Part shown: positions 38,546 through 48,622 of the stretch, one piece after another
Layout: every line of letters starts with the position of its first letter
Numbering within the stretch: the stretch's first letter is position 1
Assembly: GCA_040954595.2 (NCBI GenBank)
Contig: CM082595.2
Location: 9,067,510 to 9,131,509 of the forward strand
Direction of reading: 5' to 3'
DNA from: Balanoglossus misakiensis
Lineage: Eukaryota; Animalia; Hemichordata
Length of the DNA: 64,000 nucleotides
Made by a program: the position numbers and the translations under genes
The notes under the pieces: model-generated
The model's input: only the letters and a program-made list of their open reading frames with translations
Databases searched by the model: none
What the model was told of the DNA's origin: nothing

Positions 38546-38838
38546 CTGAAAGAAAGAAGAAGTCATCTTAACAGAAACACTTCACAAACAGGACATCAGC
38601 AAGATCACAGTCGAGGTAGGGCAAATATTGCCTACATGTGCAATCTATAATGTTATACCAGGTTCACGTAGGGTAAAATTCGAAACGTTTCAGAGACACT
38701 ATTTGCCTAAGGTAAACACAGAGCATTAATGCTTTTAGTTGCCTTGTGTCCACACATGCAAAGTTTATGTGTAGTTCGCGAAAATTTATCGTTTGCGAAA
38801 ATTTCCAGTTTTACATTATGTATAAAACTTGGTATTAC

Positions 38839-39040
38839 CTGCTTGCCAAGATGCTTCAAAGCCAGTAGCAGTATGCGAACTATCTGAGAGAAATTTCACC
38901 AACATTGCATTACCACTGCTAATAACTTCATCAGGCTGGTCCGGTCCACTGTATGTGGCAAGAACTTTGGATGAGTCAAACACAGACACCTCGACAATGA
39001 CAACAGTATCATGATAAAGTTCAGTGTCAAAATGTAGAAA
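38839..39040 (-). pseudogene. Exon: CUB1 C-terminal half
   Basis: cag|...|gtaata, 202 nt, phase 0-1. FLHFDTELYHDTVVI...YSGPDQPDEVISSGNAMLVKFLSDSSHTATGFEASWQA. Confidence 0.92.
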
Positions 39041-39406
39041 CTGAAAAGAATAAAAAATGTCACAACACACATCATAAATAGTGAGCTGTCTCAAGCCAAT
39101 ATACATGAAAATAAACACAGTTTCATGACTTAAGCCCCATTAGCTGTAACTTTTTGCATTTTTCAGTATTTCTATTCTGTGTATCAATTATAGTTTCTTG
39201 TTCAGCTACGCAGGGCAGAGTTAAATCCATAGTCTTAACTTCTCAACGAAACCTATGAGGGCACAATCGGCATTGTTGTTGTTTGAAAACATTCGTAAAT
39301 AATAACAACAGTCAGTACACATACACATGACTCGTTGACAAGCAGAGAGCTGGGTGTGATGGGTTACTCATGAGGAGAGGAACAAGAAAAAGTGTTTAAT
39401 TTAAAT

Positions 39407-40060
39407 AATAACACATGATAGCGAGGGCAATATCACGATTTGAAGCCTGCATAAGGGATGGTGATCTCTGACCATAATATTGATGATGCCCGAGCCGCAG
39501 GCGAGGGTATCATCAATATTTTGGTCAGAGATCACCAGCCCGAGGGCAGGCTTCAAATCGTGATGTTGCCCGAGCATAATGTGTTATTAATTTTATTACG
39601 CCGAACATTTGAACGTACATACACTGCAGCATGTAGCATGTAGACTCGCGTCCATATGTCGTACGTTGCTGAGAATGTAAAATGTCTCGATCTCCCAAGA
39701 ATTATACGATACCTACTTCGAACTTAGATTATTTTGAAAATACTGCGCTGTTGGTTGCGATTTTTGTGTATTTACTGCCCGTTTGCAGTAAAATATCATC
39801 CAGTAGAACAGGTGTTAAGCCTGTGTGTCGCTTTGAAGCCATATAGATGCGGGAGTTGACTGATCGTGAAGGAAGCCATTGAACGACAGTTTGGAACGCG
39901 CAGAAGTCGTGCCCAGAACACCAAAACAACCAAGTGGGCAATATCAGCGCACGCGACAGGGCTTTATCAACTCTAGCCATGTTATATCACTTTTTTTTCT
40001 ATATCACGTGAGCGCGTCTCAGCCAATCACGAAAACGGTATAATACGTGAGGTGTAATAA
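39407..40060. mobile_element. Hairpin-ended non-autonomous element, Crypton-like
   Basis: ~90-bp-arm palindrome at 39407-39588 centred on CCCGAGCC-GCA-GGCGAGGG, then TTATTACGCC ... CAGCCAATCA ... GGTGTAATAA (short inverted ends). The family assignment is from recall. Confidence 0.6.
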
Positions 40061-40355
40061 ACACAAAACAAAATTACTGATAAACTAGCCTGAAGTTATA
40101 GATAATGGCCCTTTAATTCAAAAGTTTACCAAAAATCATGTTTGTTATAAGGAAGAAAAAAATCAAATTATTTTTTTTTTAGTTGAAATGAATTTAAATC
40201 TAATACATGTGTCTGTTTTTTTTTAAAAGTGTTTGTATGTCGAATGGACGGGAAAAGGTGTTTTGTATAGGCAGGTTTCCAGATTAGACAGAGTTAGTGG
40301 TTTATGCAAGTTTTACTGTAAAAAATAACTGGTTTTGGAATTTGACAGTTTACAA

Positions 40356-40489
40356 GTGAGCACTTATTCTGGATGTTGCAGGTCCCTGGATTGTCCAAAT
40401 ACATTCTTGTAGAATGTAATAATTATCATCTGGGTATCCAGTGCTGTGAAAGGTCCCCGATTCACCAGTTTCCAAACCACCACATGTTC
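40356..40489 (-). pseudogene. Exon: CUB1 N-terminal half (3' end/donor disrupted)
   Basis: cag|GA ACA TGT: GTCGGLETGESGTFHSTGYPDDNYYILQECIWTIQGPATSRI. It then reads SAHL* with no phase-0 GT donor, although the next exon requires one. Confidence 0.85.
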
Positions 40490-41243
40490 CTGAATATCAT
40501 TAAAATAAAAAGAAAGAGTATGTTTGTGTGATGAATGGTCATAAAGATTCAGCTCATCAAGTTGACGAAATTTCATTGATGATAAAATTACTTCACCAAC
40601 AGTGAGTATCCAATGTACATGTATAAAACAATGTTTGTATTAGTATAAATCAAATGTAAAAATTTTGAAACGACATTTATCACACCCGAAAATTCCAAGA
40701 ACCGCATATTATGATTCTCTAAGCTCAAACTATCAGTGTGACAGATGCCAGATTCTTAAAATACTTGGCCCAGTTTTGTTTCTGATTTATATTTATGACA
40801 TACTGTAAAACAGGAAATTTTTCATGATATCAAAAGTGGCAACTGTTATGCGATGATTGATTTTCGCATTCTCATATTTCACGGCATTGCTATCTTCGAA
40901 AAACATTTTGACACAACTTGTTTATTTTCGCGTTTTTTTGGCTCTCGCATAGTTCGCAAAAATGTATCGCTCGCGAAAATTTCCTGTTTACAGTACAAAA
41001 TTCTTTGAGGATCAGACTTTCTGCTGACAGTTCAAAAGTAGTCTTTAGTTGCAAAGGAGATGATCATACAAATAACCATACAATTAATGAGTGGAATTAT
41101 CTAGCGACAACTGGCCTCAATTTTGAATTTCAAATATAACACCATTCTGCACCCAAGGAGACATCACATGATCTGATCCCCCTTGTTTAACTTTTAGTGG
41201 TGAGCTCTTCCAAGTACATCTTGTATTGCTTAGGGGACTCTAA

Positions 41244-41540
41244 CTCTCTCTCCTTCCCTCCCTTCCACCCCCTCCCCCTCCCTCTCTAGCTCTCTCCCTC
41301 CCCTCTCCCGCCCCTCTCCCTCCCCTCTCCCGCCCCTCTCCCTCCCTCCCACCCCTCTCTAGCTCTCTCTCCCTCCCTACCCCCCTCTACCCCTCCCTCT
41401 CCCTCGAGTTCTCTCTCCCCCTCTCCCTCACTACCACCCTCCCTCCCTCCCTCCCTGTCACTCTCCAGCTCTCTCTCCCTCCCCTCTCACTCTCCCCTCC
41501 CAGCCTCTCCCTCCCGCTCTTTTGCACACACTCTCTCTTA
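41244..41540. repeat. Polypyrimidine/polypurine (CT/CCCT)n low-complexity tract
   Basis: ~300 bp almost entirely C/T on the + strand. Confidence 0.95.
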
Positions 41541-41633
41541 GTATATATATTGGGAGGTGACTACAGCAGTGCGAGAAAAGTAAAGACCTGATGCGAGTAA
41601 GGGAAGATTCTAGCTGATTTGAATCAGACTTAC

Positions 41634-41849
41634 CTTCAGCACAAGCTGCTACTTCACACATTGACAGACTGACATCATCACATCTTGCATGATACAATGG
41701 GTAATTATTTTCAAAGAGGTTTAACCTCACACATTGCCCAGTGGAGGCATCAGGTTCTGTGTCTGCCCATCGACCATCAAAGACACTACCTTTCCTGCCA
41801 TCTGAATAATCATATTCCACACTGCCATCTCGATTGGGTCCACTAAATC
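41634..41849 (-). pseudogene. Exon: C-type lectin C-terminal part
   Basis: tag|...|gtaagt, 216 nt. GFSGPNRDGSVEYDYSDG...RWADTEPDASTGQCVRL...RCDDVSLSMCEVAACAE. Confidence 0.92.
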
Positions 41850-41885
41850 CTATAAAATGGAAATAAAGAAAGAAGATGCATACAG

Positions 41886-42078
41886 CAGTGTTTCATCCAG
41901 GATGGGGGGGGGGATATGTCCCCCTTTGCTTGAATAGTTGCACTCTTGCAAGGAGGGGAATGAGTGACATCGCTGAGTCTGTAAGGGGCACCATTTCCCC
42001 CTTGACAAATTTCTAGGGGGGTGCCAACATGCTGACAGTGGGCGAATTCCCTCATCCCTCCATCTGGATGAAAAACTG
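41886..42078. mobile_element. hAT-like MITE
   Basis: TIRs CAGTGTTTCATCCAG / CTGGATGAAAAACTG. Direct repeat CATACAG on both flanks (41879-41885, 42079-42085). Confidence 0.8.
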
Positions 42079-42291
42079 CATACAGAGTCACTTAATAGCA
42101 AGATTTTGTGAGGTTATTGAGATGTAAAAAATAGGCTTTTCAATTACCATCTTGAGACAATTATCATTCAAGTGTTACTATGCAGTGCTTACTTGTAAAC
42201 TGTCAAATTCCAAAACCAGTTATTTTTTACACTTGATACACCCACAAATTATTTGGGAACACTGACAAACACTGTTAAAAGACACACTCAC

Positions 42292-42410
42292 CAATCCAAC
42301 CATGGTTCGCTGTTTCATTGGAAGTCTCTTCAATCTGGTTTACAATCTCTGCTCCAGCATAACGATTTTCAGAATAACCCTCAATTACTGTCAAGTGCCC
42401 ACCATAAAAT
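42292..42410 (-). pseudogene. Exon: C-type lectin middle part
   Basis: cag|...|gtgagt, 119 nt, phase 2-1. FYGGHLTVIEGYSENRYAGAEIVNQIEETSNETANHGWIG. Confidence 0.9.
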
Positions 42411-43145
42411 CTGAAAATAAACCAATTTATAACACATCAAACATGTTCCAAACTAATTTCGAAATTCCAGTCCGTGAATAATACATTTCCTCTTTGAAAA
42501 CATTTAATATTGGTGAATAAGAGGTTCATAAATGTATAACATTAGATTTTTGTTTGTAAAGTCTATATTTTGTGTTACACCTTTCCAATAAGTGTGTGAT
42601 TAGTGTAGATTTCGGCAGAATTTCTGGGAAAAAAGAATCTGTGAAAAATTCACCTGAATTTTGGGGAGAAAAAAAATTGCTGAACGTTTCCTTTGAATAA
42701 AAAAGTTCAGCTTATTTCTTTTAGAGAAAACATGACAATTTCCAGGAAATGGCTGTTGTTGTTTTTTTTTTGGTGTGAATAAACTTAAAAGACAAATTCT
42801 GATACAGTTGCATCAAGGTGATGGAAGAAAATCCCAGATTAACAGGATATTTGGAGAATTTATCCAGAATTTCAAAATTAGTTCGAAATGTGACATTGTG
42901 TTATCAATGATCTGTGTTGAGCAGTCGAACGATGAACGGGTAGTTGACAATTCCCACGAGCACACCCGTATCTTTCCTCGGTAGTTGCGCCGGGCCGGTC
43001 GGCAATGTAACAGAAAAAGTGGTACGATATGCCAGCTGAGCCGTCGCTAGTCTACAATTCCGAGTCTACAAGGCCGTCTCTAACTAAAAATTATAATAAC
43101 TATCGAGGTACGTGACAATTATATCAGCGAATGTGGGGCTGGGGG

Positions 43146-43461
43146 TTGCTGCAGTTTGCAGCCCCTCCATCTCCCCTGGACGATATTTGTTTTTGCGGGG
43201 CTGCAGGTCCCAGCTATTCTAAACCGCACAACGAGCGACCGGGATTTGGGCCCGGAGCGAATTTCTACACTCCAGACGTCTCCAGTCCACAATTTTCCAC
43301 AATTTTTTCGCCAAATCGGTCCCGGAACCCATACAGCGCTTACCTGGCAAAGGATGTCGCGGTATTTGTCGATTTTGCCTACGTTTTCCCCAGTTATTCA
43401 ACTTCAATCGGCAAAACCAAAACTCGTTCAGGGGAGATGGAGGGGCTGCAAACTGCAGCAA
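43146..43461. mobile_element. Putative Mutator-like MITE
   Basis: 38-bp inverted repeat TTGCTGCAGTTTGCAGCCCCTCCATCTCCCCTGRACGA (1 mismatch, imperfect to ~50 bp), flanked by the 10-bp direct repeat GGGCTGGGGG. Confidence 0.65.
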
Positions 43462-46400
43462 GGGCTGGGGGCTGCAGGCAGAATATATGACCAAAGGATA
43501 CGCGTGAAAAAAAGACAATTACCTACTTTGCTACCGTGGGTCTTTGACTAATTAAAACATGATAACGTGCATCAAAGCCAGCCGATGCTTCAGGGGCATA
43601 GTATTCCTGAGTTTATACGCGAAGAAACCAAGAAATATTCATGAGTATGTAGACGGAACTTGTCTTTTAGCTCAAATTTGACCTGGCTTGAGGTCACTGT
43701 GACAGCGCAGCCAGCGGTAGAATTGGGGTAGGCATGAAGAACATATCTACTACAAAAACTGGTGAGGGCGGGGGGGGGAGATGGGGGGGGTGGGGGCTTT
43801 TCAGTTTAGTCACGGTCCTTGGTTTTGGCCTTCGGCTTCACTAGAAAAGCCAAAAAACCACAATGCCGAAGGCCAACTCGTCGAAGCACCTGGTACGTCT
43901 ATGGCAGAAGTCAGTATTTACATGTTCTGACTCGGTACACGCCATGCACTTGCCAAGAGATTCCACGAGGAATACCATGATGATGAACGGCTCGGGCGTC
44001 TTCGTGTGCACGAAGACACGATACTAGACTTCATTGACCCTGTCTCATTCTTTTCTTTTCATGCGCATAAGGACATGAAAAGTCGACCTAACCTTTTGTT
44101 TTATCACTTACTGTGGTTTTATAGGGATGCTGTGAGTGAAAAAGTGGCACATTCGGGTTGTTGCCTTATACTTAATTTCTCCATTTCTATTGGAGCAGGC
44201 TACACCGGGCCCAGGGTCGAACTTAAACCAATTTGCAGCCGTGATGGTCGAACAATGTCCGACAAACTTTAGGCACGTCAAGCTTATGCCTTCCTGGGTC
44301 GCCCGACAAGAATGAACTTCTATTTTAACGATAGGGCCTATTCTAATCGATACCCGCCGTATCAGTCACGCAATAATGAACACGAAATCCAGATCCCCCA
44401 AAATGATGTTTCACTAGACTCGGGGAGAGTGCTGTTTAGTACCAACAGGCAATTAAAGGTATACGGTCACCTATGGAAAATTAGCTATAGTTACCATGGC
44501 AAATTGAGATGTAGCCAATCACAGATTTTTAGTGGGTGGCACACGCGAAAAAAGAGCGCCGCCATATGTTCTCATCTCAGCCATATATGGTCCTATGTAA
44601 CCACCTCATGTCATTTACAGAATTGGAACACCCTAAAGAATGTCATGCAGACAATGTCACGTGTTGTTCCATGACCAACCAAACTACAAACTCATGTCCA
44701 AATCAATTAAATTCCAAAGAATGCTCCAAATATGCAGAATTGCCACGCAAGTCGAGCATACTTAAGCACTCTGCACAACTGAAACATAAAATCCAAGCTT
44801 TTAACAATACAACAATAAACAATCCATTCTGATCGAATTAATGACCAAATAAAACGAAAAACACAACTCGACCCACAAAAAGTATACGAAGCGCTTTTAA
44901 TCGCTCATTAATGTTTGATCTCGAGGAGACGTGTTAAAAAATCCGCTATGAAAAGCAGGGGAGAACAATAGCCTATTTTTACCAGGTAAACAAACACCAG
45001 GTAAAAATCCACCCATGCTTCCAGACCGCTCTAGGATAGTGATCCACCCAATGAAACTGTATCTCTTTAACTTTAATTTGCAAACTCGTGGAATTGATCA
45101 TTTTATAAATCGCTCCATTTTGACGTTTTCTCTGTGGTTTGTTAATACGAATTTTGTCTGTGCCAAATCTGTCCTCTAATACTGTCACTTGTATTAGAGT
45201 TCAAATAACACAGAAGTATAATACAACGTTTTGAAAAAGACAGACATTTTTCGTGGGAACGGTGATATACTTAGGCCACACTCGAGCTAAAAACAAAAGT
45301 CTATATTTTATCAAAAATGCCTTGGACGCACAAACATCTACAGGATGTGGAAGGGGCGGGTCAAAACCGCGATCTACAACTGTGCCTCCCCCCCCCCCGG
45401 CTGTCTTGCTTCTATTTGGAGTGTCAATGTGTGATTTAGCGTTGTTTGCGGCAGATACTAAGCTTTGTTCTTGTTTCACTCCATTTGCTGCATTGTGCTG
45501 TGCTCTGGTATTTCTCCAGGGTCTACGGTTACACTATAGGCTGATTAGTCGTATCTTTACTACACAGACAAAAAACTTCGAAGCTTTATGTCTGTGCCTT
45601 TTATGAACAAGCATCGTCCGATTCGAATTCGACTCGTCATCGGTAGCTATGTTTATTTCGCCCTTGGAGACCTCCCCTGGCCTCGTTAGGATGACTGTTA
45701 CCAGGACTACCTTAAACCAATCTTTTCGAACCGGACGGTACACACGACATGTCTATGTTAATTGTCCAGGTACCAGAGTGTACGTGTGGGCTCCCTAAAC
45801 CCCTCATTGGCGGCCGGTCCCTGTCCGAATAAACACGTTTGACAGACAAAAAATGATGAACAAGTGGCTTACTTCAATACTTCGTTAACTAGACGGCTGA
45901 ACTCTGAATGTTGATTCAGCAAAAAAAATGTGTTTACGGCAAGGTTTTGATCAATACGACACATTTACCATTGAAAACGCCCAAAGTAAGTGGGGGCGTT
46001 TGACCATCAATCAAACCCACGCCCAGGTGCATGTGAACGGCCGAAGCAGTGTAACGTTTCACATTCCGTGCAACGTCCGACACTGTGTGAAAGCGGTTGC
46101 TGTCGGGTGGCTTGACCTAATTTTCGTACATTGATATGCATTTGACACCTCACTACCTGTTTTCTTAATATTGCTAAAACTTTGCGTTGAAATATCACTG
46201 AAATGTTGATGATCCACGCACAAGTCGTCTACCCCGGCATGAAAAGCTTTTATACAAGAAAACTAATTGCACATGACCACCAAGGTCATACCGCAAGGTG
46301 TGTCTAAATGTCAAGGAAGGACATTGGGAGGGGGGACTTGGGTCGAGAACGACCATGACGGAGGAAAAACCGACAAGTCATTGTGTAACCTGTTTACTTG

Positions 46401-47147
46401 CCAATAGTCAAACGTCAAAATTTACTCTCAACTTGGTTGCAGATCGAGTCTCCCGAATTTCCAACTTTTATGATTGGGTAAATACCGATATGCGACTGGT
46501 ATGCGACGCGTTGACGACGCGAAGATTTTGTTGAAATCAAATGGTTTGTCAAATGTCATCTCACAGTGGAGATACCGTGGTCATCTGACATGAAAGGGTT
46601 CGATTGGGTCTGACCGCCGTCGTTCATCCATGCTTAGAAAGCGGCGATCATGGTACAATGTAAAACCAAGGTCAAACCTTACTGAACACATGTATTGCAT
46701 GGAGAAACTTTTCTCCCTGTCTGTGTACTGAACACGTACCGTGATTGCCATAGTTACAAACGTTACCACGTGAGAGAGAGTGCATTTTACATCTGTCTTT
46801 TCAATTTTGTTGCTTTCTTACTATTCGGAATGATGGAGTCGAAACGAAAACTTTTTGCTTCAGGTGGACCTAGGGGAAATACCTTATTTGTGACTTTTTT
46901 CATGACCCTAAAAAGACGTCGGAATTAATGTGGCTGAGGTCACTCAGGACGACGGAATGGTTGAGCGATTTTATTTTATGAGCTCCCACTAGTATTTGTT
47001 TTATTGTTTCGGCAGTGTGTCGCGTTATTCGAGCAATCTGCAGTCTGAAAACGAACGGTTTTCAAAGTTTATAACAGAAGAACAGGGGTTTAAGCATGAA
47101 AGGTCCTGTTGTCTCCCTCGCTGTGTTTGTGTCACTGTGTCTTTGAC

Positions 47148-47350
47148 GTCTGACTGACTGATTAACTGGCTGACTGACTTACTGACTGTCTGTCAACGTC
47201 GGTCTGTCTGACTGTCTGCCCCCTCTCTCTGAGAGAGAGAGTGAGCGAGCGAGCGAGCGAGCGACCGATGAGTGTCTCTACTGATGAATGTTGCTCTGTC
47301 TGTCTGCTTGTGTCTGTCTGCCACTCTGCCTGTTTCACTCTGTCTCTCCT
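47148..47350. repeat. Compound microsatellite (CTGA)n/(CTGT)n/(GA)n/(GAGC)n
   Basis: Direct reading of the sequence. Confidence 0.85.
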
Positions 47351-47919
47351 AATTTCTTTAAATTTAGGGATATGCTATTAATGCGATATGAAAGTCAGAC
47401 ACGACGGAAACCTTTTATTCTCAAAACTGTCTGTTGTTTGCTGTTAAATATTGCAAAATGTTAAGGGCCCTTTTCGCACGAGACACATGGCTTTCCAGCC
47501 GTAGCTCCCAGTGTCATAACGATTACCCGAACTACCCTAATTTTAGCCCGCCGACCCAAAACAGTTTAGATCTTCGTAAACCGGAAGTAAAAATAACGAT
47601 GTCAAATATACAACAATTCATGAAAATTGCGAGAATCACGCAAGAACTATGATCTCATTCTTCTACACTACGACGGCCAAAGATATAAAAAAATTGAAAA
47701 ATAAAAAAATGTCCCTTTCTACCTACCCTATTTTTGAAAACCATGTAATCGGAATAGCACATATTAGTTTTTTTGGCCTGAGACATATCCAATTTCCCAA
47801 CTGAACATGACACGTGATCAAGCATTTTCGACTTATCAGATGCAATCGCTGAACACCTCACATTAAGCGAGGTTTTGTCTGTCTTTATACGCGCCCTTTG
47901 TATTTGTGCGTGACATGTC

Positions 47920-48563
47920 TGTCACGGTTGTCGCCGTTCATTCCAACATATTCACACCAAACAGGTTACGGGTAACAAAGACATAGGCCTTACATTTAAT
48001 AACTGAAATGGAACAAATACATGTCAGTTCCAACGTGTGTGGCCGGTCTGGCTACAGAGGTGAACTGCTAAATTACACACATGTATGGGAGTTCACCTCC
48101 AACAGAATACACCAAAATTCATGCAAGTGAAAAATATAGACATACAATTGGAAAATTGACGCAAGTTAAAGACACCAATTACTTGTGCTGAAATGAGTCG
48201 GTAGAATGCACCAAAATACAAAGCTTCAAGCAACAGGTAAGGTACAAGGAAACTAACCTGAAATGGAACAAATACATGTCAGTTCCACAACGTGTGTGGC
48301 CGGTCTGGCTACAGAGGTGAACTGACCAATTTTATGCACCATGTCCTTTTATATCAGCAATTACATCATAGTGCCAGATTAGCTTGTGTTCATTGGTCAA
48401 ATGAAACTTCCAGGTGGTTTGCATATAATTAAGATCAACCAATTGAAGGTAAGTACTATTACGTCATATGAATAATTGAATAACTAATTACTATAAGATA
48501 CAGGTATAACATACATACAGATATACATGTATACAAATTCAATGGATCAACAAGGCCGTTACA
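47920..48563 (-). repeat. 3' LTR
   Basis: Same sequence as 55342-55985. Preceded on the minus strand by a weak purine tract GCAGGGGTGCG. Confidence 0.97.
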
Positions 48564-48622
48564 CGCACCCCTGCGAGGAGAAATGGCGTCCTCGTCATTT
48601 AAAGTAAGTTAAAGATATTTGA

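Noticed and set aside
40317-42231. Pack-type transposon capturing two exons between 48-bp TIRs
   Set aside because: The enclosed exons are in their native order and strand within the gene and no TSD is evident. Kept only as a local inverted duplication.
42775-47861. Numerous 60-130 aa ORFs in the large intron
   Set aside because: No recognisable domains or consistent splice phases, and several overlap MITEs or microsatellites.
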